Origin: Chlorokybus atmophyticus
Lineage: Eukaryota > Plantae > Mesostigma and Chlorokybus algae
DNA: 64,000 bases
Assembly: GCA_009103225.1 (NCBI GenBank)
Contig: RHPI01000249.1
Span: 30,730 to 94,729 of the forward strand
Reading direction: 5' to 3'
In this document: piece by piece, positions 12,401 to 25,129 of the stretch
How positions within the stretch are numbered: position 1 is the stretch's first letter
How the letters are laid out: each line of letters begins with the position of its first letter
Position numbers and translations under genes: made by a program
Notes under the pieces: model-generated
Database searches by the model: none
Told to the model about the DNA's origin: nothing
The model's input: the letters and a program-made list of their open reading frames with translations, nothing else

Positions 12401-14960
12401 GCATGGAGTAATGCAATCTCCTCGTCCATAGCACGCTGCCATTGCTCGGGATTCGGTGCTAACAATGCCTCCTCATAAGTGCTTGATTCTTCACTCTGCA
12501 TACTGGCAACGTGTGCTTTATGATAGAAGTCAGGTGCTGATCTTTGCCTCCCAGGGTATCTTCGAGCTGCACGCTCCTGCTGTAGGTGCGACTGCTTGTC
12601 TGCTACAGTGGAGTCCTGCTCACCCTTGTCGTCGATGATGGCCTTGCCTGCAACTCCCCCTGTTGTAGGAAGTTCCTCCGGCTCTGCTTCATCTCTATCT
12701 CGAGGAAAGAAGCCTGCTTTTGGTTGTGATAATCCCTCGTGGAAAACCACCTCTCTGCTCACGATGACCTTTTGAGTGTCCTCCAGCAAGATCCTGTAAG
12801 CCTTGGAACCCGGCTCATAGCCAACGAAGATGCCCTTCTTGCTGACCGGCTGCAACTTGTGCCTGAGCTGTTTAGGCACTAGTGCATATGCTGTGCATCC
12901 TAATACACGCATACCACTCACATCTGGTGTGGCTCCGTAGAAGAGCTCCCACGGCGTCTTTTGCTTCAAGCTCACCGGAGACCTGTTGCGGATGTAGTTG
13001 GCAGTGAGTATTGCCTCCTTCCACAAACTATCTCCAATCCCTACATCATTGAGCATAGCTCGAACACGCTCCAGAAGTGTCCTATTAAGGCGTTCAGCTG
13101 CTCCATTTTCCTGCGGGGTGTAGGGTGCCGTTGTCTCGTGGCGTATGCCCTTGCTGGCGAAAAACTCTTTCAACTCCTGGTTGATGTACTCCCTCCTCGG
13201 TCACTCCTCATTGCCTTCATCTTGTTGCTAGCCTGCGTCTCCAACAAGGCCACCACTGTGCGCACAGCTCCAGCAACTTCTGACTTGAGCGCCAATGGGA
13301 AGATGATGGACAGCTTGCTGTAGTCGTCGAGGAATGTAGCAAAGTACCTGGCCCCTCTTTGCCACAATGCGCATAGGGCCACAGACATCCATGTGCACAA
13401 GCTCGCAAGGATGCTGACTGCTAGAAGAGGATAACGGGAATGGCATAGCATGCTGCTTTGCAACTAGGCATGGTTCACAAAGTGCATCTGATGCATTCTT
13501 GAGTTCTTCAGTGTCGAAATGGATGCCGTTGGCCATCTTTTCAGTAACAAGGTGAGTGAGGTTAACGTAGCTAAGATGCCTGAACTTCCGATGCCATGAT
13601 GTTGGCGACTCCTTGTCCATCACCACCATGGCTTGAATATCAATCAAAGTCTTGAGGCTGCTCCACGTGGTAAAGCCCTCTCGGACCAGCGATTTCAACC
13701 ATGAGCACGACCCCATTTGAAATGACTGAGCAGCCACCCTTCAAAAATATGATCTCCGCGCCTAAGCGCTCCGCAACCCTCACAAAGAATAGACTCGCAA
13801 TAGCCTTAAGAACACGCAGGACGTTGCGTAACAACACCACGCGTAGTGTGTTACCAACCTTGCACTGCAGTCATACGTTGCCAACTCCCTCAGCCACCAG
13901 TACTTCGCCACTGAAGCCCGCTACCTTCACTGTAGACGTCAGCTTCTTGTGACTCTCCATCTCCTTATTGGGTGTGAGATGACAATCGTAGCCAGAGTCC
14001 ACCACCCAAAAAGCTGTGTACTCCCTCGAACTGGATGCGGTGAAGGCAACATGTTTCTGCTTGTGATGATGCTCGTTGCTGCTGTTGCTGGTACTTGCTC
14101 TAGGTTGCCCCTGTTGTTTCTTTCGACAGTCTCGCTCGATGCGACCCTTCCAACCACACCAATGGCATGTAAAAGGTCTTTGTAACGAGGGTTGCCCGGC
14201 TTGTTGCCCTTGTACTTCTCTTCATGGTTGCTCTTCTTTGCGTGCTTGCCGGTGTAGAAGGCGACGGCATCAGCTTGTCCTTCTTCACAACTCTTGGCTC
14301 CACGGTGAGCAGCTTCGGTAGTACATCGTCCAATGTCAACTCCGATGATGACGTCACCAGCAGGGTTGCAACGACCTCGTACTCTGCTGGTAGCCCTGCA
14401 ACAATGGCCAGCATGACCTCCGTCTCTCCCATGCTGTGGCCTATGTTGATAAGGTCCGCCCATAGCTCTCTTGCGCTTGCAACATACTTCGTGATGGGTT
14501 CTGCGGCCTCCTTCCTGAGTGCACTGAGCTGCTTGCGGTGATGCAACTTTCTGGCATTGTTCTTGGCTCTGAAGACGGCTGATAGCTTTTCCCAAGCTTG
14601 ACTACCATTCACATGCAATGAGCATGGGAAAGTGATGCGGTTTGCAGTTCAACACAAGCAAAGAGTGTGCTTTTGCTGAATGCTCTAACCACACAGTGTT
14701 TGCTCTTGGTGTTGTTGGTGGTGCCTTCGGATCAACATACTTCCACACCTTCTTATGGATGAGCAAGGCCTTCATCTCCACGCACCATGTGTTGTAGTTG
14801 TCGGTGTCCAGTTTTGCAATCTCCCCTTGTCGTAGGTCGCTTCCATCTTTGTCGTACCTGCCTTTTCTTGCAGTTGACACCCAAGGCTCTGCTACCAACA
14901 AGCTACAGTAGTGTAGAATTACTATGCACACAAGCTAGTCTCACACTCCTCAAGCGTAGT

Positions 14961-14974
14961 GTGGGCCCATAACC
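14961..14974 (-). promoter_or_regulatory. Primer-binding site of copia-1, GGTTATGGGCCCAC (copia/Osser type, internal tRNA-iMet fragment primer)
   Basis: Immediately follows the LTR end ...TCAACA on the minus strand; matches the Drosophila copia-type PBS GGTTATGGGCCCA. Confidence 0.85.
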
Positions 14975-15398
14975 TGTTGAAGGACTAGCATGCACATGTA
15001 GTTGAGGCAAGCATGGACACACAGAGATAGAGCTACCGCCACCAGAGCATACACAAGTCACATCACATTCATCTATTACCAGTTGTCCGCTGGTTCTTAT
15101 ACCAGCCAGTTACACACACGTCTACGTTTGCAAGCACTGCGTAAGCTATACTCAGCCTTTTGACGCGCTCTAAGCTGCTCTGTTATTCTGACGATTAGAG
15201 TTTTATAACAAGCTCTCACACGTCTAATATGAGTAAGTATACGCGGAGATACGAGGCAGTTAGTAGGGCTCTAGTCTGGAGTCCGGAGTCTAGTCCAACG
15301 GTGCCGTCTTGCTAAGTCCGGACCTAGTGCTCGTCCTTACAAACTTCCACTCGTGTGTGGAGGGTCGATGCTGATCGTATGTAGGAATACTCTCAACA
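14975..15398 (-). repeat. 5' LTR of copia-1 (424 bp)
   Basis: TGTTGA...TCAACA termini; its first bases TGTTGAGAGTATTCC match the stub after the PPT at 10912-10926. Confidence 0.9.
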
Positions 15399-15833
15399 GA
15401 AATCAGTACCTAGGTTGCTACTAGATACCCAATTAAGTTACAGCTGGATTCTAAACCAAGTTGTGGTCCAAGCCAGACTGCTGAGGGGCCATTTCTACCT
15501 GTGAACCGAGTGCTGGGCCCATGGGGTGTGACTGGTTCCCACCCCAGGGGCTTCCCTAACAGCAGGGGGCTCTTTAGCCCCCACTCAGCTCGCCACGCAG
15601 TCAGCCAGGCTGCGTTTTCAGCCGCTTTTCCCTCGCGCCGCTGAGGTTAGCGGATCGGCCTTCCTGCTGATCCTCTGGCCTGGCGGCCCCCTCTCTACTC
15701 CCCATACATGCATCACCTAGCGATCTGCAGTTTCCCCCACCCACCCCACCTCTATTTTCACCAACCCCTCTTCCTGCACCTGCTCCGTTGACCCCATTCC
15801 CTTGGTCAACAGAACAGGCGTGCTGCTGCGCCA

Positions 15834-17620
15834 ATGACAGCGGTGGCCATGGAGATCACGGGCTGGAGTTCCTCCCCCCAGTTTCTCCCCCCACCCCTCC
15901 TCCCTCATCACCCCCCACCCCCCACCCCAATGGACATGTTCTCCGCTTCTCCACCCCCCCCTTCGCTGCCTGCTTGGTTGACGGAGGCCGAGGACATTCA
16001 TTGCCGTCACCCCCTGCGCACTGCTGCGGGCTTGAAAGCGCGTCAACAAGGACATCCAGCTTCACAACAGCTCGCAACTTACAAAGCTAAGTGTTTGTCG
16101 GACACTGCTGCTTCCCACGGGCTAGTTCGCACGCGCGGAGTAGATTAGTCATTTGCACGTGTTGCTATCTCTTTGGATGCTGTCTCACGTTGGCAATCTG
16201 CTCTCCTCTACGCTGCTCTGGTGTTTGCCTTTCCCTTCATCCCTGTGGAACCCCAGCATATTAGCGACGAGGTCAGCATGCGCTTTCACCATCTAGCGTG
16301 GCTGCAGTCTCTGTGTGTGGATGAGTCCGGCTCCACATCTTTCTCTTCACTCCATCTCCTCCCTGTCGGGGAAGATCACGCTATCTTTCACGCTAACACA
16401 ATATGCCGATCACATCTTCCGGCGTGCACAGTCTGGTACTCTCCCTCTCTGCGGTGGTCATGTCAATTGTGTGAGGCGTTGGTCCGACTCTTCTCCACCC
16501 CTATGGATCTCCTTCTCAGGCCTTCTTCCGGTTCTCCAGCCATTCATTAACCTCGCCATGCAGCCGCACCGTCAGGTCGGCATGCCTCTTCCTCCTTCAA
16601 GCGGCCCTGCCAGTCTTGCTGCTCCAGGCTCGGATACACGCTATTGCTTCACACTTACCCCTAACGTCCCCACCCCCAGCAAGATTGCCTTTGAACTTGA
16701 GGAGCACGGCAAGTTTTGCTCGGTGGTGGTGAACGTAATTACTACCCCTCCCCCTCAGCCGTGTGCTCAGTGCGGGCCCCTTGGCCACTCATTAGCCAGG
16801 TGCTCTGCTCGTGCCCGTCTTGCAGCCCGCTTGTGGAGTAATGCCCCCCCCCCCTCCGCGCTTTGCACCTTCAGGAGCTCCACCTCGCACAGGTGCTGGC
16901 GCCCCATCAGCTGCTTGTGCTCAGCTGACGGTTGTTAAACCAGCCCATGCGCCACCTCCACGCTTTTCTCGTCGTGCTGATGCTATCGCTGCTGATGATG
17001 CAGTTACGGCCCCAGCTGCAGCTGGGCAGCCTTTTGGCCATGTTTTTACAAGTCACGAACAGAATTTTATACAGGCCCCCCTCTTCGCCTTGCTGGCAAT
17101 ACTGCATTGGCACCAGCTGCAGCTTCTCGCGCAGGAGTTGGCACGTCTTCATCTGCTGGTTCTCAGCTGGCGGCGGCGCGAAAGTGAATCAGCCCGTTAA
17201 CTTTCTCTTCGCTCTAGCCAGGCTGATGCAGTCACTGCTGGAGGTGTGGCCTCAGTCGCAGAAGGGCAAGCTTCTGGACCCCTCCTTGTAGGACAGGGGG
17301 AGGTGTCCGTGACTCCTGCTCCCCGCCTTGCTCCCGACGCTGCGCTGACAGCCGATGCAGCCGCTTGAACCCAGAAGCATGAGTTGCAGCATGTCCACGC
17401 CTCGCTTCCCTCCCTCCTCCCATCCACCATGCTGAGGCCTCTGTCGCTGATAAGAGGGAAGCGGACTCCTCTTCTTGATTACATGTTGATCTCGCCAACC
17501 CGCGCAGCTGCTGAAGGAGCTAAGGCTGCTCGCACAGCAGTCATCGCGGCGCTGATGTCCACGCCATTTCCCTCGCCCTGCGCAAGAGATGAGCCAGGCC
17601 ACTCGCCTCTACACTTATCG
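15834..17620 (+). mobile_element. L1-type LINE ORF1 remnant (zinc knuckle), no ORF2
   Basis: Frameshifted ORFs; CAQCGPLGHSLARC is a CX2CX4HX4C knuckle, preceded by LTPNVPTPSKIAFE...VVVNV as in plant L1 ORF1; Pro/Ala-rich tail. Confidence 0.65.
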
Positions 17621-17622
17621 TC

Positions 17623-19420
17623 GGTAGAAATGCGTTTCGGTAGGTTTGGCCGGATCCCTAACTTTATAGATTAAGCGCAAGTTTCCCTAGGGATTCGCAA
17701 GATCCCTAATTAAGTTATAGCTAGATCCCTATATTAGTTAGTGCCTGTCACAAACAGCCATCACGGCCGTTCTATCTATCTAGATAACAACGAGTGAGGA
17801 CCGGGCGTTACAATTGTCAACAAATATGCTTATGATTCAGACCTGTACGGTTGTTTATGCAAATTGACTAATTTCATGGCGCCGTCGGGGACACAGTGGT
17901 TACATTACAATGCATTTTGGTTGGAAAGTTGGGTCGATACGAATCTTTGTCACGTGTTTGACTGGTTCCGTCAATAACGCATGGATCTAGCCATCATAAA
18001 GCTGTAACGTTGATCATTACACCGCAATAGTACACCTTTTAAGCATTTGCAGCCAGATTATTAATACATTGCCGGTTCAAGTACCCGCATGCCCGCGGCC
18101 TACCTTAACAATGTTGTTGATGATCACGCAACCACTCCATTAATAAAAACGCACCGGCGCGATTTGGTAGGTGACCAAGGGAGTTTATGGCAACAGCCTG
18201 CCATACAGTCAACGTCGTGGGTGGATGGATACTTGGCACGGCTAAGCCATGTTTGAGTCCCCAGGCCACCCGCAAGCGGACAACTTAATAAAAACCACCT
18301 ACCAATGCCTAGCTGTTCATCTAGGTGTCAATGTTGGTTTATGATGTCTAATTATGTATATGTATATATATACATGTATATGTATATATATACATGCATA
18401 TGTATACATAAACATAAAACATATCTTTTATCATATTGTTATGCATGTATTGTTAATTCTGAAAAGGATGCCACATTATGATGTAACTTTACAGTATATA
18501 AATATACATTACTTATATATAATTATATTTTAATACAACTACTAGTCGAAATATATAAACTTATATACATATGTATATACACCTGTCAATATTAGTTACC
18601 GATTGTGGGGTAGGCGTAGCCTAGTGCTGTTGTATGCAGGTGTTGGTACATGCATTGCGTACCGGTAACAAATGAATGCAATACACCTGGCATGAATGCG
18701 TTGCGGCACTTGAGACAATTGAGACAGCCGCTGTAAGATCATCAATGTTTTAGACGCGTTGCAGCGTGTCTCGTGTCGTCATGGTCTAGTCGGTCAGTCC
18801 AAAGGTCATAGGTGGTTACCTGTCAACATGGCAGGGTTGTCCGTACAGATTCGAATCTCGGCGATAGAGCTGCGAGCTCCCCTCAATTGCGGAATTGTTT
18901 TTGGTTTTTGCCACGAATTGCGGCCATAACATTTCTGGATCACGCAGTAATCCCCTTAATACATGATCTAACCAACTCTGGTTGGATCACACATCAAGAT
19001 TAATCCCCTTGCCGCAAACTGCGGCCATAACATTTCTGGTTTGATCACGCATTAATCCCCTTAATACATGATCTAACCAATAATTAGCATATGATGTGGT
19101 TGTTTTTTTGCCGCGAACTGTGGCCATAACATTGCTGGTTACATCACGCATTAAGATTAATCCCCTTAATACATGATCTCACCAAAAATTGGTATAGGAT
19201 GTGGCCATTATGTAGTTCAACAAAGGACGGATACCAAACTTGATTTACATCAAGTACTTTTTCTTAATGGCAGCTGGATACCAAACCAAGTTGTGGCTGC
19301 AGCAGGAAAAAGTGCAAAAATTGATATGATATGTTGTTTACACGTGGATCCATAATTAAGTTATAGCTAGATCTCCATTTAAGTTGTGGGCAAGGCTGAA
19401 CTGTTGGGGGGCCATTTACC
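17623..19420. mobile_element. Non-autonomous TIR-type element of the GGTAGAAATG family with internal tandem repeats
   Basis: Starts GGTAGAAATGCG and ends GGGGCCATTTACC; arms are homologous to 10668-10911 and 15399-15499; contains a TA-rich tract (18355-18600). Confidence 0.5.
18913..19215. repeat. Tandem ~100-bp repeats (TGCGGCCATAACATT...ATCACGC...AATCCCCTTAATACATGATCT), 3-4 copies
   Basis: Units start near 18913, 19017, 19115 and 19198. Confidence 0.85.
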
Positions 19421-19429
19421 GCTATATGC

Positions 19430-19800
19430 ATGGCACCGCAGTGCTGAACACCCCACCAGCTTCGCTGCTCTCTTCGTCGTCTCCTCCTCACTCACCTGAG
19501 CGTGCCGGCCGGAGTGAGTTTCAGGAGGTAGGACCAGAGCAGCTGCCTCCGTCAGCAGATGTGCCAGCTCCCCGCCCTTCCCTCCAGCCCCAATCTCCTG
19601 CTCGGGGGAAGGGGAAAAAGCCACTACTTCCGTATGGCCGGGCGCAGACTCAAGCACGCCAGCGCACGCTCTCCCCGTTCCTCTCGGCCTCCTTGTTAGC
19701 GGCATCCTCCACATCATGGTACGTGCTAACTGAAGAGGAGGAGGCCTAGCAAGATGCAGCTGCTAGGGCTCGTTCTCTCCACCCCGTGCATCCGTTGAGG
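19430..19800 (+). mobile_element. Possible second LINE ORF1-like tail fragment
   Basis: Ser/Pro-rich basic ORF (RGKGKKPLLPYGRAQ...) similar in style to 17300-17600; weak. Confidence 0.3.
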
Positions 19801-19864
19801 AGAGCACGGGCTTGCTCTCCCCCTCGACATCTCCTTCGCCTACAGCTGCGCAGACTGGAGCTTT

Positions 19865-22155
19865 GTCGAGTACCTTCTCATCCTTTAATGACGGCAGTGC
19901 CAAGTGCCAGCGGTGTGGTTTTGGTCTTTGCATTAACGAGCCCGCAGTTGGTGACAAGTGTTCTCACCATCTGCTCCTGAGTTATCTCGATTGTATGAGC
20001 CGCCCTATTGCGCTCAATCACCATACCAAGGAACCACTTGACCTCTCCAAGAGCACAAACTGAGAATGCTTGCCGCAAAGCAAGTTTCGTCTCCTGCATG
20101 TGGTGCACTTGCCTGGCGATGATGGTGATATCATCCACATACACGAGCAGCCAGACCTTGTTGTCTGCATGGATGAAGAGCCCAGGGTCTACTCAGGATG
20201 CCATGTAGCCAAGTGCATCAAGCTCCTTCGTGAGCTTGATGTGCCACATACATCGTGCCTGTCGCAATCCGTACCGCGCCTTGATCAGCTTAAACGCTGT
20301 GCCTCCCTCTTCATATCCAAGTGGTTGCTCAATAAAGATCTCCTCCTCCAGCTCTCCGTAGAGGAAAGCATTCATCACAACCGGGTGCACTTGGATCATC
20401 ACGTGATGCAGCTCTAGATCTACAGCAGCAACCACAGCTAGCAATGCACGGAAGCTTCCTTGGGGTGGTATGCTTACTTGCAGGTGCAAATACTTCGTTG
20501 AAGTCCACACCTTCATGCTGCAAGAAGCCCTTTGCCACCATTCTTGGCTTGTAGCGCTCAATGTTGCCTTGACCATCACGCTTCACTTTGAACCCAGTTT
20601 ACTAGAATGGTCTTCACTCCTTGCGGTATCTGCTCCAGCGACCAAGTGTTGTTGGCATGGAGTGACGCAATCTCCTTGTCCATACTATGCTAGTAGCACG
20701 CTGCCATTGCTTCGCATTTAGTGCTAACAATGCCTCCTTATAGGTCCTAGCCTAGTGCCAGACTGAGGCTCCTCATTGTGCACACTGGAGACTTGTGCCT
20801 TGTGTAGGTCTCCAGGTTCCTTTGTCTGTCTCACTAAATGTCTCCAGGCTGCGTGCACCTGCTGCAAGTGCGGCTCCTTATAATCTGCTACAGTTGAGTT
20901 CTGCTCACCCTTGTTGATGATGGCCTTGCTTGCAGCCTCCACTGTTTCAGGTGGCTTCTCCGGCTGTGTTTCATCTTCATCTTTGAAAAAGAAGCCTGCT
21001 TTTGGTTGTGATAAATTTTCGTGGAAAACCACTTCTCTGCTCAATGCTCGATGATCTGCTGAGAGTCCTCTAGCAAGATCCTGTAAGCCTTAGCACCCAG
21101 TTTATAGCTAACGAAGATGCCCTTCTTGCTGATCGGCTCCAACTTGTGCCTGAGGTGTTTAAGCACCAGTGCATATGTTGTGCATCCGAAAACACGCATA
21201 CCACTCACATCTGGTGTGGTTCCATAGAATTGCTCGCACTGAGTCTTTCGAGCTCATTGGAGACATAGTGTGGATGTAGTTGGCAGTGAGGACCGCCTCC
21301 TTCCACATACTGTCTTCCATCTTTGTGTCATTAAGCATGGCTCGAACCCGCTCCAGGAGTGTCCTGCTGAGCCGTTCAGCTGCTCCATTCTGCTGTGCAG
21401 TGTGTATGGTGCCGTCGATTCGTGGCGTATGCCCCTTCTCGCGAAGAACTCCTTCAACTCCTTGTTGATGTACTCCCCTCCTTGATCACTCGTGATTGCC
21501 TTCATCTTGTTGCCAGACACGCTCTCCAACAAGATCATGACTGTGCGCACGACTCCAACAACTTGTGACTTCAGCGTCAAAGGGAAACTGATGGGCAGCT
21601 TGCTGTGGTCGTCGAGGAATGTAGCAAGTACCAACCCCTCCCTTCGCCACAATGCGCATAGGGCCACAAACATCCATGTGCACAAGCTCACAAAGATGCT
21701 AGCTGCTAGAAGAGGAGGATGGAAATGGCAAAGCATGCTGCATTACAACGAGGCATAGTTCACAAAGTGCACCTAATGCATTCTTGAGTTCTTCTGTACT
21801 GAGATGGATGCTCTTGACCATCTTTTTGGCGACAAGGTGAGTAAGGTTAACGTAGCTCAGATGCCCGAACCTTTGATGCCACAATGTTGGCGACTCCTTG
21901 TCCTTCACCACCATGGCTTGGATGTCTCTGTTATAAGGCTGCTCTACAGGGTAGAGCCCTCCCGGATCAGCGAATTCAACCATGTGCACGACCCCATGAA
22001 TGATGAATGAGCAGCCCACCCTGCCGGAATACTATTTTTGATCCTAAGCGAGTAGCAATTCTCACAGAAAACAGACTCGCAATAGCCTTTGGAACATGCA
22101 GGATGTCTCATAACACATCTTTGTATGTTACCAACCTTGCACTGGAGCCGGATGT
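19865..22155 (-). mobile_element. Ty1/copia internal fragment (copia-2), a degenerate relative of copia-1
   Basis: Collinear with ~11640-13870: WHQRFGHLSYVNL, HMDVCGPM, QGGEYINKEL, YVDD, KTKTTPLALG; many frameshifts. Confidence 0.92.
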
Positions 22156-22159
22156 TGCC

Positions 22160-22545
22160 TGTTGAAATTCAGACAAGCTACTACACATGCATGGAGCTGG
22201 TGCAAACACTGATACACACACGCATGCTAAATAATGAGCATAAGCACGCACAACAAGCTTAGATTACCATGAGTTTACGAGCTTTTGTACCCCGCCAATC
22301 TCTACACACGTTTACTCTAGCAAGCACCATGTAAGCAAGTTTTGCCACATAGCTAGTTTTACACGCTTTTCAGCAAGCTATACCACGCGCCATAAGATTA
22401 ACTACACACGGAGTTCTTGCCATCCCTCTGGAGCTTTGGGCTGCGCCAGCCTGCGCCAGACTCAGCCGAGTCCGGAGTATTCGGGCTTGCTCACACTCCG
22501 CGTTGCACACTGTCCAGATATCGGCCACTGGACTCACAACTGCTT
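22160..22545. repeat. Possible copia-like LTR remnant
   Basis: Starts TGTTGAA at the point where copia-2 homology ends; composition resembles 14975-15398; right end not clean. Confidence 0.35.
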
Positions 22546-22649
22546 GATATTAGTCCTTATACCATAACCACTGGTACATTAAAGACTTAGCCATTTCACG
22601 CTGCCGGAACTTGTCCATAATATGCACTGTGCAACTATGCAAGCCAACT

Positions 22650-23335
22650 TTTAACACTCCCATGCGGGCAGCTTGGAATGCTTCACTTCACATTTTCAAT
22701 TCTTTGTCAAGGTAGTCACCATCTTCAACATGCTCCCCGCTCTTCTCATAAGCGCCTCCTTGAAGTTCAGCACCTGCAAATCTTTATAATAGCTCACATA
22801 ATCCTTCATCACTACCTCTCTGCTTGTGCTCCCACATGCACTGCTCCTCTGGCAACGTCCTGCACTCCTCTCCGCACCGCAACACCTCCACCATGCTTCT
22901 CCTCTTTCTCCTTGCTGACGCCACCAGCTCCGTCATCTCCCACGGGCTCCGGAACCTTATTTCCCCCCATCTTGTGGCCTTCAGCAGCAACCCTCACCTG
23001 AGCAACCGCTCCCTTCCCTGCCGTCTTTGCAGCTCCAGCTCTAACTTGTACTCCGGGCACCATGGCCTTTTTCTTCTTCTGTCTCGCAACCGGTGCTGAT
23101 TTAGTCACCTCCACATCTCCAGTTTTCTTGTGCAGCTCCGCACCCATGACCGCTTCCTTGATGTAGTAAAGTCCTCCATCGTTTATCCAAACAGCCAACC
23201 AGCCGTGTGACACCATCCAACACAACCTTGCCTATGTCCCCATTAGACACTGTCATAGCACCTGCTCTAGCCGCAATGCGCACAGAAAGCAGGCTAGCTT
23301 CTAGCCCCGGGACATACAACATCTCTCTTAATAGT
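22650..23335 (-). mobile_element. Internally deleted copia fragment (copia-3)
   Basis: LYVPGLEASLLSVR...GLYYIK (PR to pre-integrase linker); TTAACACTCCCATGCGGGCAGC at ~22650 matches the PPT/LTR junction of copia-1 at 10921. Confidence 0.65.
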
Positions 23336-23339
23336 CACC

Positions 23340-24150
23340 AATGGAAATGGGTTTTTGCAAGTCAGGCTGGATCCGCAACTTGTTCATGATTGAATGCAAA
23401 GTTTGTTAAGGATCCGCAAGATCCCTAATAAATTTATGGCTACATCCCTTATCCGGTTCATGCCTGTCACAAAAGCGCTTTTTCGTCGACACTTCCTTGC
23501 AAATAGATCCATAATTAAATTGTGGCTATGTTTTGAACAAATTGCCATCAACCTCTATTGATGCTCTATACGAAATAAATCCTTAATAAAGTTGTGACCT
23601 CCTCCAGCTTTTGTGCCCCATGACCAAAGGCCCTAACAAGATTGTGACTTGAACTTGGTAATACACTTGAGTTGCAGTCACAATATACTCTTGGTTAACT
23701 CCGCAACAGTGATCCCACAACACGGTTTCGTCGTAATCCCTAAGTCGGGACCAGCTCCAGTCTAATTTTACGAGCTGGCAAAGGGTCCAATGAAGTTGTG
23801 GCCCCATGCAAAACGAAATTAACGCTAAAGGCATAAACTGTTACTTGCTTTTTTATTACTTGCTCCAGCTTCAAATGTTATGACCGCATTCATAACTTTG
23901 TTCAGCGCTACACCCAGTGTCTTTGTGTGTTTCTTGCTGAGTCCCAGATCTTATGACCGCATCCACAACTGTGTCCAGCCTTACACCTAGTGTCGTTGTG
24001 TTTTTTTTTTTGTTTTTCTGCTAAGTCCCAAATGTTATGGCTACTTCCACAACTTGTTAAATTGTCACCCAGTGCTGTTGTGTGAATTGGTCTAAGTCTC
24101 AGATGTTATAGCTGCAGCACCAAGTTGATTGCTGCTACACCCACATGGAA
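23340..24150. mobile_element. Third member of the TIR-type family (left arm plus subterminal repeats)
   Basis: 23342-23580 is closely similar to 10670-10910; followed by ~72-83 bp tandem units starting (G/C)TTATG(A/G)CCGCA-like, the reverse complement of the 18913 unit core. Confidence 0.6.
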
Positions 24151-24532
24151 TGAAGTACACAAACTCTATATTTAGGTTGCACAAAGTTCCTCTAGTGCAA
24201 GCTAGCAATGCAGGCAGTGACATACAGATCTAGCCAAGAGACAAAGCACTCAAGCTTTAAGCCTCTCCAGCAGTTGCACAATGACAGGCCCATAGGCAGT
24301 GCATGCGCTATCAATGTGCATAGGCTGTACCAATATCGTTCCACGGTATTGCATTATTTAAGGCCATTATTGATGACACCGACAGCTGCAACTCGGCGGC
24401 CAAGGTTTGTGACCTAAGATGCTTTGTTGGGGGCTGTCCATAAGTATGTAACCTTGTTATGGGTTGTCAATATCCTGCGTGCGTGCGCATACACACACCT
24501 ACATGTTTCTATCTGTAAGCGTTCGTGAATAA

Positions 24533-24580
24533 ATATATATATATATATATATACACATATATATATATATATATATACAC

Positions 24581-24612
<32 letters not shown>

Positions 24613-24613
24613 T
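24533..24613. repeat. Compound (TA)n/(TG)n microsatellite within an AT-rich segment
   Basis: Directly visible. Confidence 0.95.
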
Positions 24614-25129
24614 TACATGATATAAATATTAAAACCGCATTGCGCACCAACGAGTAGGTGTTTACTGGATGGTTGGCCACAATACTTGGTCCGTGCTGTC
24701 AATCATTCTGCGGTCTCATAAAAAGCTATAAAAATAAGCGATGTCATTTATGTATACTTTTTAACGTATGCTTTTTATGCATAATTTTAAATATATATAA
24801 GAGGTATACGTTTTTTTGAATATGTACACGAAGTATACATAAAGAAATTTACTTTTTTTATGCATACTCCTTATACATGAATTTAAATATGTATAATTAT
24901 ACATACACAAGTATTGAAGTATTATATAAGAAGTAAAAGTAATACTTAGGTGTCAACGCATAGAACATGTTAATGGTGCATGGTCACAGATTTTTGCAAA
25001 GCCCCTTACAGCTTGATTGACAGCCGGCCGCCGATTTGCGGCTGTCCACGGTGTATAGCCAGACAGTCGGTGCGGCTTGTCAGTTAACACGTTAAGTGCA
25101 CTTGTGCAATCAGGCATTTAGGCAATCTA

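Larger units (their letters stand above)
10912..15398 (-). mobile_element. Ty1/copia LTR retrotransposon (copia-1), frameshifted, with the 3' LTR truncated to ~15 bp
   Basis: gag (KLDTDNYNTWCVEMKALLIHKKVW; UBN2-like), PR (WVVDSG), GAG-pre-integrase (WHRKFRHLS), integrase (CEPCLVAKQ, ELVHMDVCGP, TAPYTPQENGAAERLNRTL), RT (KYKARLV-like, HLDVKTAFL, YVDD) and RNase H (GYCDSYFAGD, CDNQGAI, LADFMTKPL). PPT GCGTGGGAG is followed by TGTTAAGAGTATTCC. Confidence 0.96.
10668..15499. mobile_element. Non-autonomous TIR-type element (arms 10668-10911 and 15399-15499) interrupted by copia-1
   Basis: Termini GGTAGAAATGG (10668) and CCATTTCTACC (15489-15499) are exact 11-bp inverted repeats; the arms share GGATCC..TTAAGTT[AG]T[AG]GC motifs with 17623-19420 and 23340-24150; no TSD found. 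Confidence 0.5.

Noticed and set aside
18913-19215. CRISPR-like repeat array (also 23870-24140 and 52500-52750)
   Set aside because: Units are degenerate along their whole length with no unique spacers, there are no cas genes, and the context is a eukaryotic transposon
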